DNA of 32,000 nucleotides from Synechocystis sp. PCC 6803 substr. PCC-P. Its GTDB lineage: Bacteria; Cyanobacteriota; Cyanobacteriia; Cyanobacteriales; Microcystaceae. The notes beneath the pieces are model-generated. The model made no database searches. It saw nothing but the letters and a program-made list of their open reading frames with translations, and had not been told where the DNA came from. The translations under genes were made by a program, and so were the position numbers. The stretch is from positions 2,160,001 through 2,192,000 of the forward strand of contig NC_017039.1 of assembly GCF_000284455.1 (NCBI RefSeq), given 5' to 3'. Positions 9,001 through 14,941 of this stretch are shown here, piece by piece (position 1 is the stretch's first letter; every line of letters starts with the position of its first letter).

Positions 9001-10046
9001 GATTAACCAATGGCTTAGTGCAAACTAAAGGCTATTTGGGCAGGGTGATTCCAGGCTTAATCAGTAATGACAACCGAGTTTTCTGGGCTCCCACCAGTGC
9101 CGATGGCCAAGTGCAATTAAGGCTAATTAATAGTCCTAACCAAAATTATGCCATGGGCTGGATTGAGGTGGATGATACCAATGGTTCCATCGATGGTCTG
9201 TTGCCGGATGATCCAAGTTATGAAGCGGCCGCTTTAGCTCGTAAGCAGCTTATTTTCAGCGATCAAAATGGTGCTTCCACAAAGGCACTAACCCGTAGCT
9301 TAGCCCAACAAAGCTTTACTAATGTTGATAATTTAATTGCAACAGAGTCACAGTTTTTTGGTGATTTTAGCAACGCAAATTTAGAACCAAACCGTTATTA
9401 CATTCTCTACAGTCAACAGGGGGATGAAACTACTTTTTCCATCGATACTGCTCCCATCATAGAGACCGATAGCCGCGGTTATCATCAACTAAACTTTGCT
9501 GGTATCACTGCCGAAATTGGCTCCAAAACTTTGGTGGTGCCAGGGGTATTGGGTCAGTCCGTCACTGCCGAAGTTTCCATTAGTCGGGCTGGGGCCTATG
9601 ATAATGCCATTGCTTTGTACAAAGTCGACAGTCTGACTGGGGGATTGGACCTTAATGGCGATCGCCAAATTGATCTCAAACCCGGTGATTCAGGTTATAC
9701 CGAAGCGGCATTAGGTCGTGCCCAAGCTCCCTTAACTGGTGTTAGCTTAACTGCCCCCGATGGCTTTTTCAGTACTACTCAACAGACGGTTAATTTGTTA
9801 GGTAATCAGATGTACGGCATGGTCATTATTCCCAATAGCACCATTGCAGAAGTTCTGAGTCAAAATCCCAGTAATGATCCCAACTTCGGTCCGGTTGCCC
9901 TGTTCTCTTTCAATGGAGCTAACCACAATGGCATCAGTCAAATGTCACGTTTAGGTAGTAACCTTTTCGGCTTTGAAGATATGGTAGGTGGCGGCGATCA
10001 AGATTATAACGACTTGATTTTGCAATTCGACTTTTTACCTGCTTAA
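1..10046 (+). CDS. Giant secreted/cell-surface mosaic protein (integrin-alpha FG-GAP / LamG / Asp-box / Calx-beta / DUF4114), 5'-truncated by the window edge
   Basis: I translated frame 3 by hand from nt 3 to nt 323 and found no stop (GDYLYLVFADNLKNDSANPP...ITLTLTNSVNASQIVEVSYS...). The ORF-track 'start' at 324 is therefore only an internal TTG, and the gene continues upstream of the window. Stop TAA is at 10044-10046. The protein is rich in Asn/Thr/Ser/Gly. Recognisable domain motifs are listed as separate features. Confidence 0.9.
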   Translation, partial: GDYLYLVFADNLKNDSANPPSNSQFTIKTSDGNTTTPTNVSLAQNTITLTLTNSVNASQIVEVSYSLSGTNLTSNLYLADATNTSFWVPDFTNSVQSAGSTSTAPTSLLGSVISNLITIPFNQTLNVNQIPNGGQFQVTVNGNSTSPITVTSVTVADTSITLVLNQIIGQGQLVTITYTPNSNGENNLVSNTGTPQTVASFSTNNFLTTASSTGTVIKTAFSPFGDSGISSITTIPGTTGINSDVVATLYQNPSTKALQNVVAWVNVDTSALSLKTIPGQNYGPNEAALITTAAQQSDIYYAVLGPDNQWGLAAPIFSSQPGQDQKVTLGVGPGGNLLAAWLNTQLDSDGDPNTTIQLATFNGTTWTNPTILGGANAGINPNSFSELSISSINGQPAIFWTESRPPSYSNLVSEQNPLVYLRLGELSGTTVINQGQLSVAGNGTYSTAGYTLGQVGALENTNTNTGDFNPAVLFNGGGITINSPVPVSVQGFSVEFWFKLPTSDGVVGLANLAGVFDLSLNEDSLTFTLNNGSNPQISGTVTTGNWHYVVGTYDPVKQILDLYLDGQLVNTLENIAFANLPQSGTLTLAGSGGSVYLDEFAFYNSILSYVDNGSSPSSSNNNFLNLTGSQLINGIWGVNEVGSHYQARFFEPVTAGPETNYSVWDSSGNSWQSPVSINPVDEVVPTILSAANNPIWDIVSANPAGNNNAQIAPNGNPDTIFQVNLTGQQGSEITGFTVTTSNNQLWTVGTDGTGNAFSESWQLGVILAENADSTTPQLEFISGDKLLNSLNPGATFSHRVMGATETFTIFVDTEGSPLTSPATVNIYLQGQTDPITFTSLSPIPNQGGPVSANSPDYLDNQVLGIATIKEANDASLSLVDSGFVIDTDNPAIAAVMASGFSNGALAYVAVGNRGYTTQGNAVQGSIQILFAGGDVLSQKSTLPLTTTDLSGNGDGVLITGITDAGDINNNVPMALVTGDVDGDGVDDLVIGNANANGGTGSIYVINGHYLNGLKGKNQIIDLSNASNWTSDQGFVIDGVDAEGGAGFSVAIGNFTGNDPQIAFGAPFAKNGNGVAVGKVYLVSPSNPSQLSPIHIGNTFNLTNPQNPAQTVTVGETAGYSLGVSRKISGGPVTFTNNSGDDLFIGSSTYGVQVSNQWVGKSALPSNNQGNYPDTTMIAAGAVHVYSQTSSQPFGKVATYTGPNIPAANGVGANYLAGAAISLGDFTDLDGDGHQDLAISALGVNGSAGAVYALSGSKFTPSSSLQALNEAGNLIINGGIAGGRAGMTIMTPGDVNGDGYQDFLITAPQAGNGTGQSYLLFGPLDLSTEIVPIIELNAIANDSKQVFVLNGSLPNQLAGTAVVSLGNITGTQGPNNRPIDSFLISAPNAQQFYVVFGQPWLAADGSLNLADVASDNGFVIDGNLIGNPPTTFETTSQYIDTTPAILINGSNLYLAYKGFGGNNQIYFTVSTNNGQSWNSEVQLPQSAQTIFPPAIAFFNNVLYLAYVDGNNGLNIITSQDQGQTWNAPLALGGTSSTPPTLFVYQGTLSLLFAANNSTSTVLQFYLNSSNEWIYANEIGSNQTAISAISATVLGDTLYLVYKGGTRNTPSTLDYITSTTNADLSANDWSSIPIPGVSSQGGPSLTNDGTNLYLSYLDSSNQLNFVSSGNGINWSSPQVITNNISQSPPAIAFANNELYLSYPGPQGSQELNVTSFPLPFTGSILGNGSLVRFLGDVNGDGFADVFSGGTNAGAIIFGNSTKDLLTTASGSEDLVISVPNATLRDVISVGDFNGDGIKDLGVLDGNGNFYVVLGNTSLGDLKTLSITSSSSPVVINQVGGVTKSMAIGDYNGDGYDDVLLWGDNGNQVAWGNSTGVLNSFTNIDYPETQTTATGVDLNSDGIPEIAIGSDERKIAGQISTSGSFSLLPTPTTSSVINTLAAANQLENIGDFNGDGIADLAVLASNYYAAAIGEPNNLPNYLSRPGNQGGVFIFYGNSNGLSNTAQPDVILAAPFTNPSGQISTYQLSRIAQAGDVNGDGFDDLLISSPYTVDAENNQGGVFVVFGGDDWNNQPFDLGQLRANQSQGSNPRGFAIDGSPNSQAGIALNGGGDINGDGFADFIIGAPGENNLQYNQQIVFIENGELSDDDKYSYILYLDGNQTIQMGGGDWQANQVWTNQVATNWNNSSRPPEAVIGQSNGDIWYYPGGNQNWQSWGKLPAEINELAVNWNTSGNPQIIAGLGGKGGIEYYNGSTWVNNGPYQGDGWRSAITQMAVQWGEDGSPSQIVVGLADGAVIYYNTQSGWRTINNFGKSVTQLSVQWQEASNPNIVVGLDNSEVQYYQGSNGVWTQFHDDGWVYPVQQLAVQWTSNDAQPLVVVGLGDDNGNNGSVWYYQGSGEQGGWTFLSGLPSGAAIAQMAVQWNFSSSPNPPNNVNDLKIVVGQADSTVSYYNGNGWTATPAINSSLQIPTLNAITVQWSANGQPQITVGLGDPEYDNGQLWYLPNPSQSWQELQGSVNYASPITQIDSSWTESLVPNSQTDNLSYVFFGSDFNDTVNQTGTIGDDVMVGSATGESFLAGQGDDQILTKGGLDVVYAGPGDDWVSVSDTYFRRLNGGTGFDILALQGYNGQNWDLTTLSPGLRLQDFETIDIRDYGANQLTLNSLSVINLSSNNTVIVLMDESGDSLQLSSDFGADGTTYQYGQRFYQYKSNNSAAIVLVNQPTMPSFTAPSQNKPQPVLPNGNGTSNTAALNTNIANTGNANTGNFNDENINTGNANTGNFNNGNTNTGNVGDINIATKLFVSSPTASEALGEVDFTIERTGDLDKYVVVSYLTQDMDGKAGDRYLPVAGQLVFKPGETKKTIKVKVPNDSIYTGDKQFGLLVSLLEEGLQPGNGEQAFFLAADANGSQIRNWNYLPGESANSLTGGVINFSTTVNAGQALVKLDVNGLAEFNDFGSYNPVAGNYESLMLNGMTGAKFTNFDNENNPQGLELQLWDGDRGDADGLTNGLVQTKGYLGRVIPGLISNDNRVFWAPTSADGQVQLRLINSPNQNYAMGWIEVDDTNGSIDGLLPDDPSYEAAALARKQLIFSDQNGASTKALTRSLAQQSFTNVDNLIATESQFFGDFSNANLEPNRYYILYSQQGDETTFSIDTAPIIETDSRGYHQLNFAGITAEIGSKTLVVPGVLGQSVTAEVSISRAGAYDNAIALYKVDSLTGGLDLNGDRQIDLKPGDSGYTEAALGRAQAPLTGVSLTAPDGFFSTTQQTVNLLGNQMYGMVIIPNSTIAEVLSQNPSNDPNFGPVALFSFNGANHNGISQMSRLGSNLFGFEDMVGGGDQDYNDLILQFDFLPA
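1250..1830 (+). other. LamG / concanavalin-A-like lectin domain inside the giant protein
   Basis: Motif run: FNPAVLFNGGGITI...GFSVEFWFKLPTSDG...GNWHYVVGTYDPVKQILDLYLDGQLVNT...LTLAGSGGSVYLDEFAFYNSILS. This is the typical LamG_3 pattern (F.F.G......fs...W.k......W.hv..t.d.....lY.DG......G........iDE...yn..Ls). Confidence 0.7.
2640..4260 (+). repeat. FG-GAP (integrin-alpha-like) repeat block 1, about 7 blades
   Basis: Repeated Ca-binding loops: GDVDGDGVDDLVIGNANANGGTGSIYVI; AIGNFTGNDPQIAFGAPFAKNGNGVAVGKVYLV; GDFTDLDGDGHQDLAISALGVNGSAGAVYAL; GDVNGDGYQDFLITAPQAGNGTGQSYLLFG; LGNITG...DSFLISAPNAQQFYVVFG. Confidence 0.8.
4300..5150 (+). repeat. Asp-box (BNR-like) 'LYLAY' repeats, probable 5-6-bladed propeller
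   Basis: About six modules with the pattern PPAI.F.NN.LYLAY....n.l......S.d.G.tW. Examples: TPAILINGSNLYLAYKG...VSTNNGQSWNS; PPAIAFFNNVLYLAYVDG...TSQDQGQTWNA; TVLGDTLYLVYKG; NDGTNLYLSYLD...SSGNGINWSS; PPAIAFANNELYLSY. Confidence 0.6.
5190..6400 (+). repeat. FG-GAP repeat block 2, about 7 blades
   Basis: GDVNGDGFADVFSG; GDFNGDGIKDLGVLDGNGNFYVVLG; GDYNGDGYDDVLLWG; DLNSDGIPEIAIG; GDFNGDGIADLAVL...GGVFIFYG; GDVNGDGFDDLLISSP...GGVFVVFGG; GDINGDGFADFIIGAPG. Confidence 0.8.
6500..7590 (+). repeat. Seven tandem Trp/Tyr-rich repeats of about 45-55 aa (unassigned propeller-like module)
   Basis: Repeat cores: VATNW..AVIGQSNGDIWYY; LAVNW..IIAGLGGKGGIEYY; MAVQW..IVVGLADGAVIYY; LSVQW..IVVGLDNSEVQYY; LAVQW..VVVGLGDDNGNNGSVWYY; MAVQW..IVVGQADSTVSYY; ITVQW..ITVGLGDPEYDNGQLWYL. 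A partial eighth unit follows (ITQIDSSW). Confidence 0.6.
7660..7810 (+). other. RTX-like (hemolysin-type Ca-binding) glycine/aspartate nonapeptide stretch
   Basis: GTIGDDVMVGSATGESFLAGQGDDQILTKGGLDVVYAGPGDDWVSV matches the G.G.D..... nonapeptide periodicity loosely. Confidence 0.5.
8243..8365 (+). repeat. Pentapeptide-period Asn/Gly run (NTGNx)n encoded by imperfect tandem DNA repeats
   Basis: Peptide: NTNIA NTGNA NTGNF NDENI NTGNA NTGNF NNGNT NTGNV. DNA: aatacgggtaatgccaataccggcaattttaat versus aacacaggcaatgctaataccggcaactttaat. Confidence 0.8.
8385..8660 (+). other. Calx-beta domain
   Basis: LFVSSPTASEALGEVDFTIERTGDLDKYVVVSYLTQDMDGKAGDRYLPVAGQLVFKPGETKKTIKVKVPNDSIYTGDKQFGLLVS. This is the classic Calx-beta pattern (v.E..g.v.f.V.R.G......v.y.T.dgtA.ag.DY....g.l.F.pGe..k.i.v.i.dD...E..E.F.v.L). 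Confidence 0.75.
9780..10043 (+). other. C-terminal DUF4114-type domain
   Basis: ...MYGMVIIPNSTIAEVL...ALFSFNGANHNGISQMSRLGSNLFGFEDMVGGGDQDYNDLILQFDF. The GFED..GGGD.DYND.. signature is characteristic of DUF4114 as I recall it. Confidence 0.65.
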
Positions 10047-10131
10047 AAATAAGCAAAAATAAGCTACCCTGAGTTGTTAAACTTTGTTTTTTCCATATAA
10101 CTTAGTCCAACTCAGTCAACGTAGTTTAGCC

Positions 10132-10137
10132 TATAAT
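10132..10137 (+). promoter_or_regulatory. Candidate -10 box (perfect TATAAT) upstream of the DUF1275 gene
   Basis: TATAAT at 10132-10137, 55 nt upstream of the ATG at 10192. No convincing -35 element at 17-nt spacing. Sequence pattern only. Confidence 0.25.
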
Positions 10138-10191
10138 TTACTCCACTGATTGACGCTACAATGACGTAGTTTTGCTAGGCAACTATGGACA

Positions 10192-10926
10192 ATGAAACTA
10201 TTATCAAGTGGGCAGTTAGTTGCCGGTGTATTATTCAGTGGGGTGGCTGGTTTTATCGATGCGGCTAGCTTTTTAGGGCTCAATGGTCTGTTCACTTCCC
10301 ACATCACAGGAAATCTGGTCATTGCCGCAACGGAAATAATTGGGGTAGGGGGAGAAGCCCTTTGGGTGAGGATTGCAGTCATTCCAGTTTTTATGTTTGC
10401 GGTACTCCTAACCACCGTTCTTGCCCGTCGCCATCAACTACGTTTAGCCTATTTAATCAGTTTAGAAACTTTAGTTTTATTACTATTTACAATCAGTGCC
10501 GTTGCCTTGGATCCACCTCACCATAAATCGGTTAATAACTTACCATTGTTTGTGACTGGTTCTTTGGGAGTATTTTCCATGGGCATGCAAAATGCACTAA
10601 TGCGGGAATCTTTGGGACACATTGCCCCTACTACTGCCATGACCAATAACCTAACTCAGTTCACCATGGATTTGGCATTGACTAGCAGCTTACAAAGTCA
10701 TGCTCAACTACAACTATCCCTTCAAGATCTTGATGCTTCCCGCACCAGATTAATTAAATTTGGTAGCTCCTTGCTTGGATTTACCGTCGGTGCTATCTGC
10801 GGTGGAGTATTAACCGCTAAGTTTGGCTTAATTTCCCTATGTTTTCCCCTGACGTTGATGATATTTTTATCGTTTAAAGTGGAGTTTGTCTTTGGAAATA
10901 ATCGCCTTGACGACAAGATAAAATAA
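10192..10926 (+). CDS. DUF1275 / YoaK-family integral membrane protein
   Basis: 244-aa ORF with about 6 hydrophobic helices. It carries the family-typical motifs FTSHITGNLV and SMGMQNALMRE. ATG at 10192. Confidence 0.8.
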   Translation: MKLLSSGQLVAGVLFSGVAGFIDAASFLGLNGLFTSHITGNLVIAATEIIGVGGEALWVRIAVIPVFMFAVLLTTVLARRHQLRLAYLISLETLVLLLFTISAVALDPPHHKSVNNLPLFVTGSLGVFSMGMQNALMRESLGHIAPTTAMTNNLTQFTMDLALTSSLQSHAQLQLSLQDLDASRTRLIKFGSSLLGFTVGAICGGVLTAKFGLISLCFPLTLMIFLSFKVEFVFGNNRLDDKIK

Positions 10927-11023
10927 AAATCTAAAGCAAAGGCCCTGTATGCTATCAAAGAATCAGGATACTGTTCTAATCTCCTAATTCATTAGGATGC
11001 ACCAGTAAAACATAGCTGAAACA

Positions 11024-14000
11024 ATGTCGCCGATCGCCCTCAATTTATTGCAGTCAACCCCCTATCAGGTGGGGGGGAGCTTGGCCGCTAATCATCCCAG
11101 CTACAGTCAACGGGAAGCGGATCGGGAACTATTGGCCCAGTTGCGAGCGGGCAAATTTTGCTATGTGTTCAACTGCCGGCAGATGGGTAAATCTAGCCTG
11201 CGGGTGCGGGCCATGCATCAACTGCAACAGGACGGGGTGGTGTGTGTGTCCATTGACATCACCAGTTTAGGCACCGAAGCTGACCCTCAGAAGTGGTATA
11301 ACGGCATTATTACCCAGCTTTACCTCGGTTTGCCTTTGGCGGGGAAGGTGGCCCTCAAGCCTTGGTTACGGGAGCGGGAACAACTCAGTCCCATTCAAAA
11401 GCTACGGGAATTTGTTGAAACAATCATTCTTCAAACCATTGGCGATCGCCAGATTGTCATTTTTATCGATGAAATTGATAAGGTATTGAGTCTGCCCTTT
11501 TCCCTGGATGACTTTTTTTCCTACATTCGTTTTTGCTATAACCAACGGGCCGATGACCACGAATATAACCGCCTGAGTTTTGCCCTGTTTGGCGTAGCCA
11601 CTCCTTCAGATTTAATTGATAACAAAACCCAAACGCCATTTAACATTGGCCAAGCCATTGCCCTCACGGGTTTTACCCTAACGGAAGCTCTGCCCCTGAG
11701 TGCTGGTTTGCCGGTAGATGAAGTTAGCGCCCGGGAAATTTTGGGGGAAATTTTAGCTTGGACTGGGGGGCAACCCTTTTTAACCCAGAAAGTGTGCGAA
11801 TTGGTGGCAGAAGCTCTACAGAAAGGGGATTTAGATTGCCAATCTCAAACTATTGCCACTACCATTGCCCAACTAATTGAAGAAAAAATTATCCGCCATT
11901 GGGAATCCAACGATGAGCCGGTACACTTTCGCACCATTGGCGATCGCCTATTAAAAGATCAAGCCCGCAGTGGGCAACTGTTGGGGCTGTACCAAGAAAT
12001 TTTGCATAAAGGTGCTATTCCGGCGGACGATAGCGTTGAACAAACGGTGTTGCGACTAACGGGGCTGGTGGTGAAAGTGAAAGGGCAGTTGCGTCCCTAT
12101 AACCCCATTTACCAAGCAATTTTTAACGCCCAATGGGTCAGTAAGGAACTGAACAAACTCCGACCCTATGGCACCAACCTCCAAGCCTGGATCAATTCCA
12201 ATTACCAAGATTCTTCCCGATTACTGCGGGGGGAAGCCCTACGGGAAGCATTGGCTTGGGCCAGTAGCAAAAACCTCAGCGGGGTGGATTACCGCTACCT
12301 CAACGCCAGCCAAAATCAGGAACAGGAAGCTTCCCTCGCTGCCAACCAAATTTTGACTCAAGCCAATGTCAAAGCGAAACGGATGATCAGTTTTGGCATT
12401 GTGGTGCTGATGATGTCCCTGGGGGGCTCGGCGATCGCCTTGAGCCAGGCCTACTTTGCCACCCTCAAACAACAACGGAGTCAACAGGGCACAGAACTCC
12501 AACGCTTAGGCACCAGCGCCCAACGGCAATTTACCTTTGATCAAATTCCTGGTTTGGTCACCGCTTTGGAAGCCGGGAACCAACTTCATCACCTGGTCAA
12601 AGCGGATGAAACCCTTAGTCAATACCCCGCCACCAGTCCCTTGGTAAGTTTGCAACAAATTCTTAGCCAAATTGCCGAAAAAAACGTTTTGACGGGCCAT
12701 CGGGACGGAGTTACCAGCGTAGCCATCAGTTCCCATAAGAATTTGATTGCTTCTGCTTCCCGGGATGGGACAGTGCACCTTTGGACACCCCAGGGGGAAT
12801 TTTTACGGGAATTCACCGGCCACACAGGCAGTATCTACCGGGTGGATTTCTCCCCCAACGGCAAAATTTTCGCCACCGCTGGGCAAGATCAGACGGTCAA
12901 AATTTGGGACCTAGACGGTAATCTGCTCCAAACCCTCAAGGGCCATCAAGATTCTGTTTATAGCGTTAGCTTCAGCCCCGACGGGGAAATCCTTGCGTCC
13001 ACCTCCCGAGACCGCACTGTGCGCCTTTGGCATTGGCGATCGGGTAAGACCTTGGCTGTGTTGGGGGGCCATACTAAATCCGTGGATGACGCCCAATTTA
13101 GCCCTGACGGCCAAACCCTAGTCAGCGTTTGTCGGGACGGACAAATTCGCCTCTGGGATTTAGATGGTAATCTCATCCGTCAGTTTGGCTTACCGGAGGT
13201 GGCTTTTTTTGGAGTTAATTGGCATCCCAATGGCAATCTACTGGCTGTGGCGGCGGACGATGGCACAGTGAGACTGTGGACTCCCCAAGGGGAAATTAAA
13301 GCCACCCTATCGGGCCACGATGAATTTGTTACCAGGGTGGTCTTCACCCCCGATGGCAAACAGTTATTTTCCAGCAGTAGTAATGGCAGTGTCATTCATT
13401 GGTCCACCAGCGGCAAAATGCTGAAAAAGTACCAGGGTTACCCAGAGGCAATTTTTGGTTTGGCCTTGGCTTCCAATGGAGCCCTATTGGCGATCGGTGC
13501 GGAGAATAACTTAGTGAAGGTTTGGGACATGAGCCCAAAGTCCGATTTGGTTAACCTCAATCTGCCCGCTGTACTCGGGGCGGTGGCGGAAAATGCTAAG
13601 ACCAACACCATTGCTTTGGCCATGGAAAATGAGCCCTTAATTTTGTTCAACACAAAGAATAGGAGCCGACAGTTTTTATCCGATGCTAGCCAAAATCTTG
13701 ACCGCCTCAAGTTCAGTGCCGATGGCCAATGGTTATTGGGGCAACGGGGTCGGCAATGGCAACTTTGGCAACTCCAGACTAAATCCCAATTGCTCAAAAC
13801 CTGGAGGACGGATATTAGCCGGGTTTACGACGTAGACCTGCGTACTACTCCCACATCCCCCCAATGGGCGATCGCCATGGCCACCGGGAGCGGAGAGGTG
13901 CAACTTTGGCAGGGGACAAAAAATAACCAGACCAGTGGAAACCAGTCCCAAGGGGTTCCCATTGAATTGAATGACCCCATAGTCCTTGCCTTGGGAAACT

Positions 14001-14599
14001 CCATACAACGGAAAGAACCCATCCGCAGTGTTAGTCTCCACCCGACCTTGCCGCAATTGGCCGCTGGCGATGAACAGGGTAATCTCACCCTCTGGAATTT
14101 TGATGGCACCCTGATTAGAAGTATTGTGGCCCACGGCGATCGCCTCAATCAACTGCAATACAGCCCCAACGGGAAGTATCTGTTAAGCGCTGGGCGGGAA
14201 GGCACCGCCAAAATTTGGAGTGTGGAGGGACAACTATTGCATACCCTAAAAAGTGACCCCCTACCCATTGATCAGATTGCCATCAGTCCCGACAGCCAAT
14301 GGATTGCCACCGCTGCCAGTGACGGCATGGTCAGACTTTGGGACCAACAGGGTAACCTCCGGGGGGAATTTACCAGCACATCAGGTTCGCTATTAGGGCT
14401 AGATTTTAATCGGCAAGGGCAATGGTTGTTAGCCGTGGCCCAAAACGGGGACCTACAAAGTTGGCCCGTCACTCCAGAGAAGGAACGGCTCCGTCAACTA
14501 GTGGAACAGGGTTGTGACTGGTTGAGAGATTACCTAGCCACGGAGAAGCAACCGGCCCAGACCTATTCCCTAGAATTTTGCCAGCCGACAGGAAATTAA
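11024..14599 (+). CDS. AAA-like (AAA_35/STAND-like) NTPase - single TM - 14x WD40 repeat protein
   Basis: - Walker A: CRQMGKSS (GKS at 11186-11194).
- Walker B: IVIFIDEIDK.
- Hydrophobic helix: MISFGIVVLMMSLGGSAIALSQAYF (about 12383-12457).
- About 14 WD40 units follow (e.g. LTGHRDGVTSVAIS...SASRDGTVHLW, LKGHQDSVYSVSFSPDGEILASTSRDRTVRLW), enough for two 7-bladed propellers.

I recall this as the slr0143 WD-repeat protein. Confidence 0.9.
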   Translation: MSPIALNLLQSTPYQVGGSLAANHPSYSQREADRELLAQLRAGKFCYVFNCRQMGKSSLRVRAMHQLQQDGVVCVSIDITSLGTEADPQKWYNGIITQLYLGLPLAGKVALKPWLREREQLSPIQKLREFVETIILQTIGDRQIVIFIDEIDKVLSLPFSLDDFFSYIRFCYNQRADDHEYNRLSFALFGVATPSDLIDNKTQTPFNIGQAIALTGFTLTEALPLSAGLPVDEVSAREILGEILAWTGGQPFLTQKVCELVAEALQKGDLDCQSQTIATTIAQLIEEKIIRHWESNDEPVHFRTIGDRLLKDQARSGQLLGLYQEILHKGAIPADDSVEQTVLRLTGLVVKVKGQLRPYNPIYQAIFNAQWVSKELNKLRPYGTNLQAWINSNYQDSSRLLRGEALREALAWASSKNLSGVDYRYLNASQNQEQEASLAANQILTQANVKAKRMISFGIVVLMMSLGGSAIALSQAYFATLKQQRSQQGTELQRLGTSAQRQFTFDQIPGLVTALEAGNQLHHLVKADETLSQYPATSPLVSLQQILSQIAEKNVLTGHRDGVTSVAISSHKNLIASASRDGTVHLWTPQGEFLREFTGHTGSIYRVDFSPNGKIFATAGQDQTVKIWDLDGNLLQTLKGHQDSVYSVSFSPDGEILASTSRDRTVRLWHWRSGKTLAVLGGHTKSVDDAQFSPDGQTLVSVCRDGQIRLWDLDGNLIRQFGLPEVAFFGVNWHPNGNLLAVAADDGTVRLWTPQGEIKATLSGHDEFVTRVVFTPDGKQLFSSSSNGSVIHWSTSGKMLKKYQGYPEAIFGLALASNGALLAIGAENNLVKVWDMSPKSDLVNLNLPAVLGAVAENAKTNTIALAMENEPLILFNTKNRSRQFLSDASQNLDRLKFSADGQWLLGQRGRQWQLWQLQTKSQLLKTWRTDISRVYDVDLRTTPTSPQWAIAMATGSGEVQLWQGTKNNQTSGNQSQGVPIELNDPIVLALGNSIQRKEPIRSVSLHPTLPQLAAGDEQGNLTLWNFDGTLIRSIVAHGDRLNQLQYSPNGKYLLSAGREGTAKIWSVEGQLLHTLKSDPLPIDQIAISPDSQWIATAASDGMVRLWDQQGNLRGEFTSTSGSLLGLDFNRQGQWLLAVAQNGDLQSWPVTPEKERLRQLVEQGCDWLRDYLATEKQPAQTYSLEFCQPTGN

Positions 14600-14766
14600 T
14601 CGATGTTTTTGTCAATAAAATCAAATCAAACTTAACAATAATTAATGGAGAAATTTTGATTTATCTTTCTCCCCTTGACAACGTTTTGTAACAGAGGTTT
14701 CTCCCGCCTACAAAAGCTATGTAAGAATTAGGGTTAGTTGGAACTTCAACAACAGCTTCGATTATT

Positions 14767-14785
14767 CTTTGTACTGAATACAAAG
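14767..14785. promoter_or_regulatory. Perfect 7-bp inverted repeat CTTTGTA-ctgaa-TACAAAG in the leader/promoter region of the nine-gene cluster
   Basis: Read directly: ctttgta (14767-14773), loop ctgaa, tacaaag (14779-14785). It lies 157 nt upstream of the ATG at 14942. Confidence 0.3.
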
Positions 14786-14941
14786 TGGATCGGTCATCGG
14801 CGGGACATCAGTCAAATTTTCTCCATTTAGGAAAACAGCCAGTGGTAAGTCAAAATCACTCGACACCGTGAACCCAGGACAGAGCTCTTGATTTTTCACA
14901 GCATTTGCCCGTTTTATCCTGAATCCTTTTTTAACCCATAG

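Noticed and set aside
10983-10996. Short palindrome CCTAAT-tc-ATTAGG, 28 nt upstream of the WD40 gene start
   Set aside because: It is only 6+6 bp and AT-rich. It is expected by chance in a 32-kb window, and I have no supporting promoter context.
12168-14472. Multiple ORFs of 60-140 aa, antisense or out of frame, inside the WD40 gene (e.g. 13438-13797, 13733-14158)
   Set aside because: They are embedded in a gene with clear Walker and WD40 motifs and have no motifs of their own, so they are shadow ORFs.
14771-14781. Possible NtcA (GTA-N8-TAC) or CRP-type site in GTActgaaTAC
   Set aside because: The spacing is N5, not N8 (NtcA) or N6 with TGTGA/TCACA arms (CRP), so it does not fit either consensus. 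It is kept only as an unassigned palindrome.
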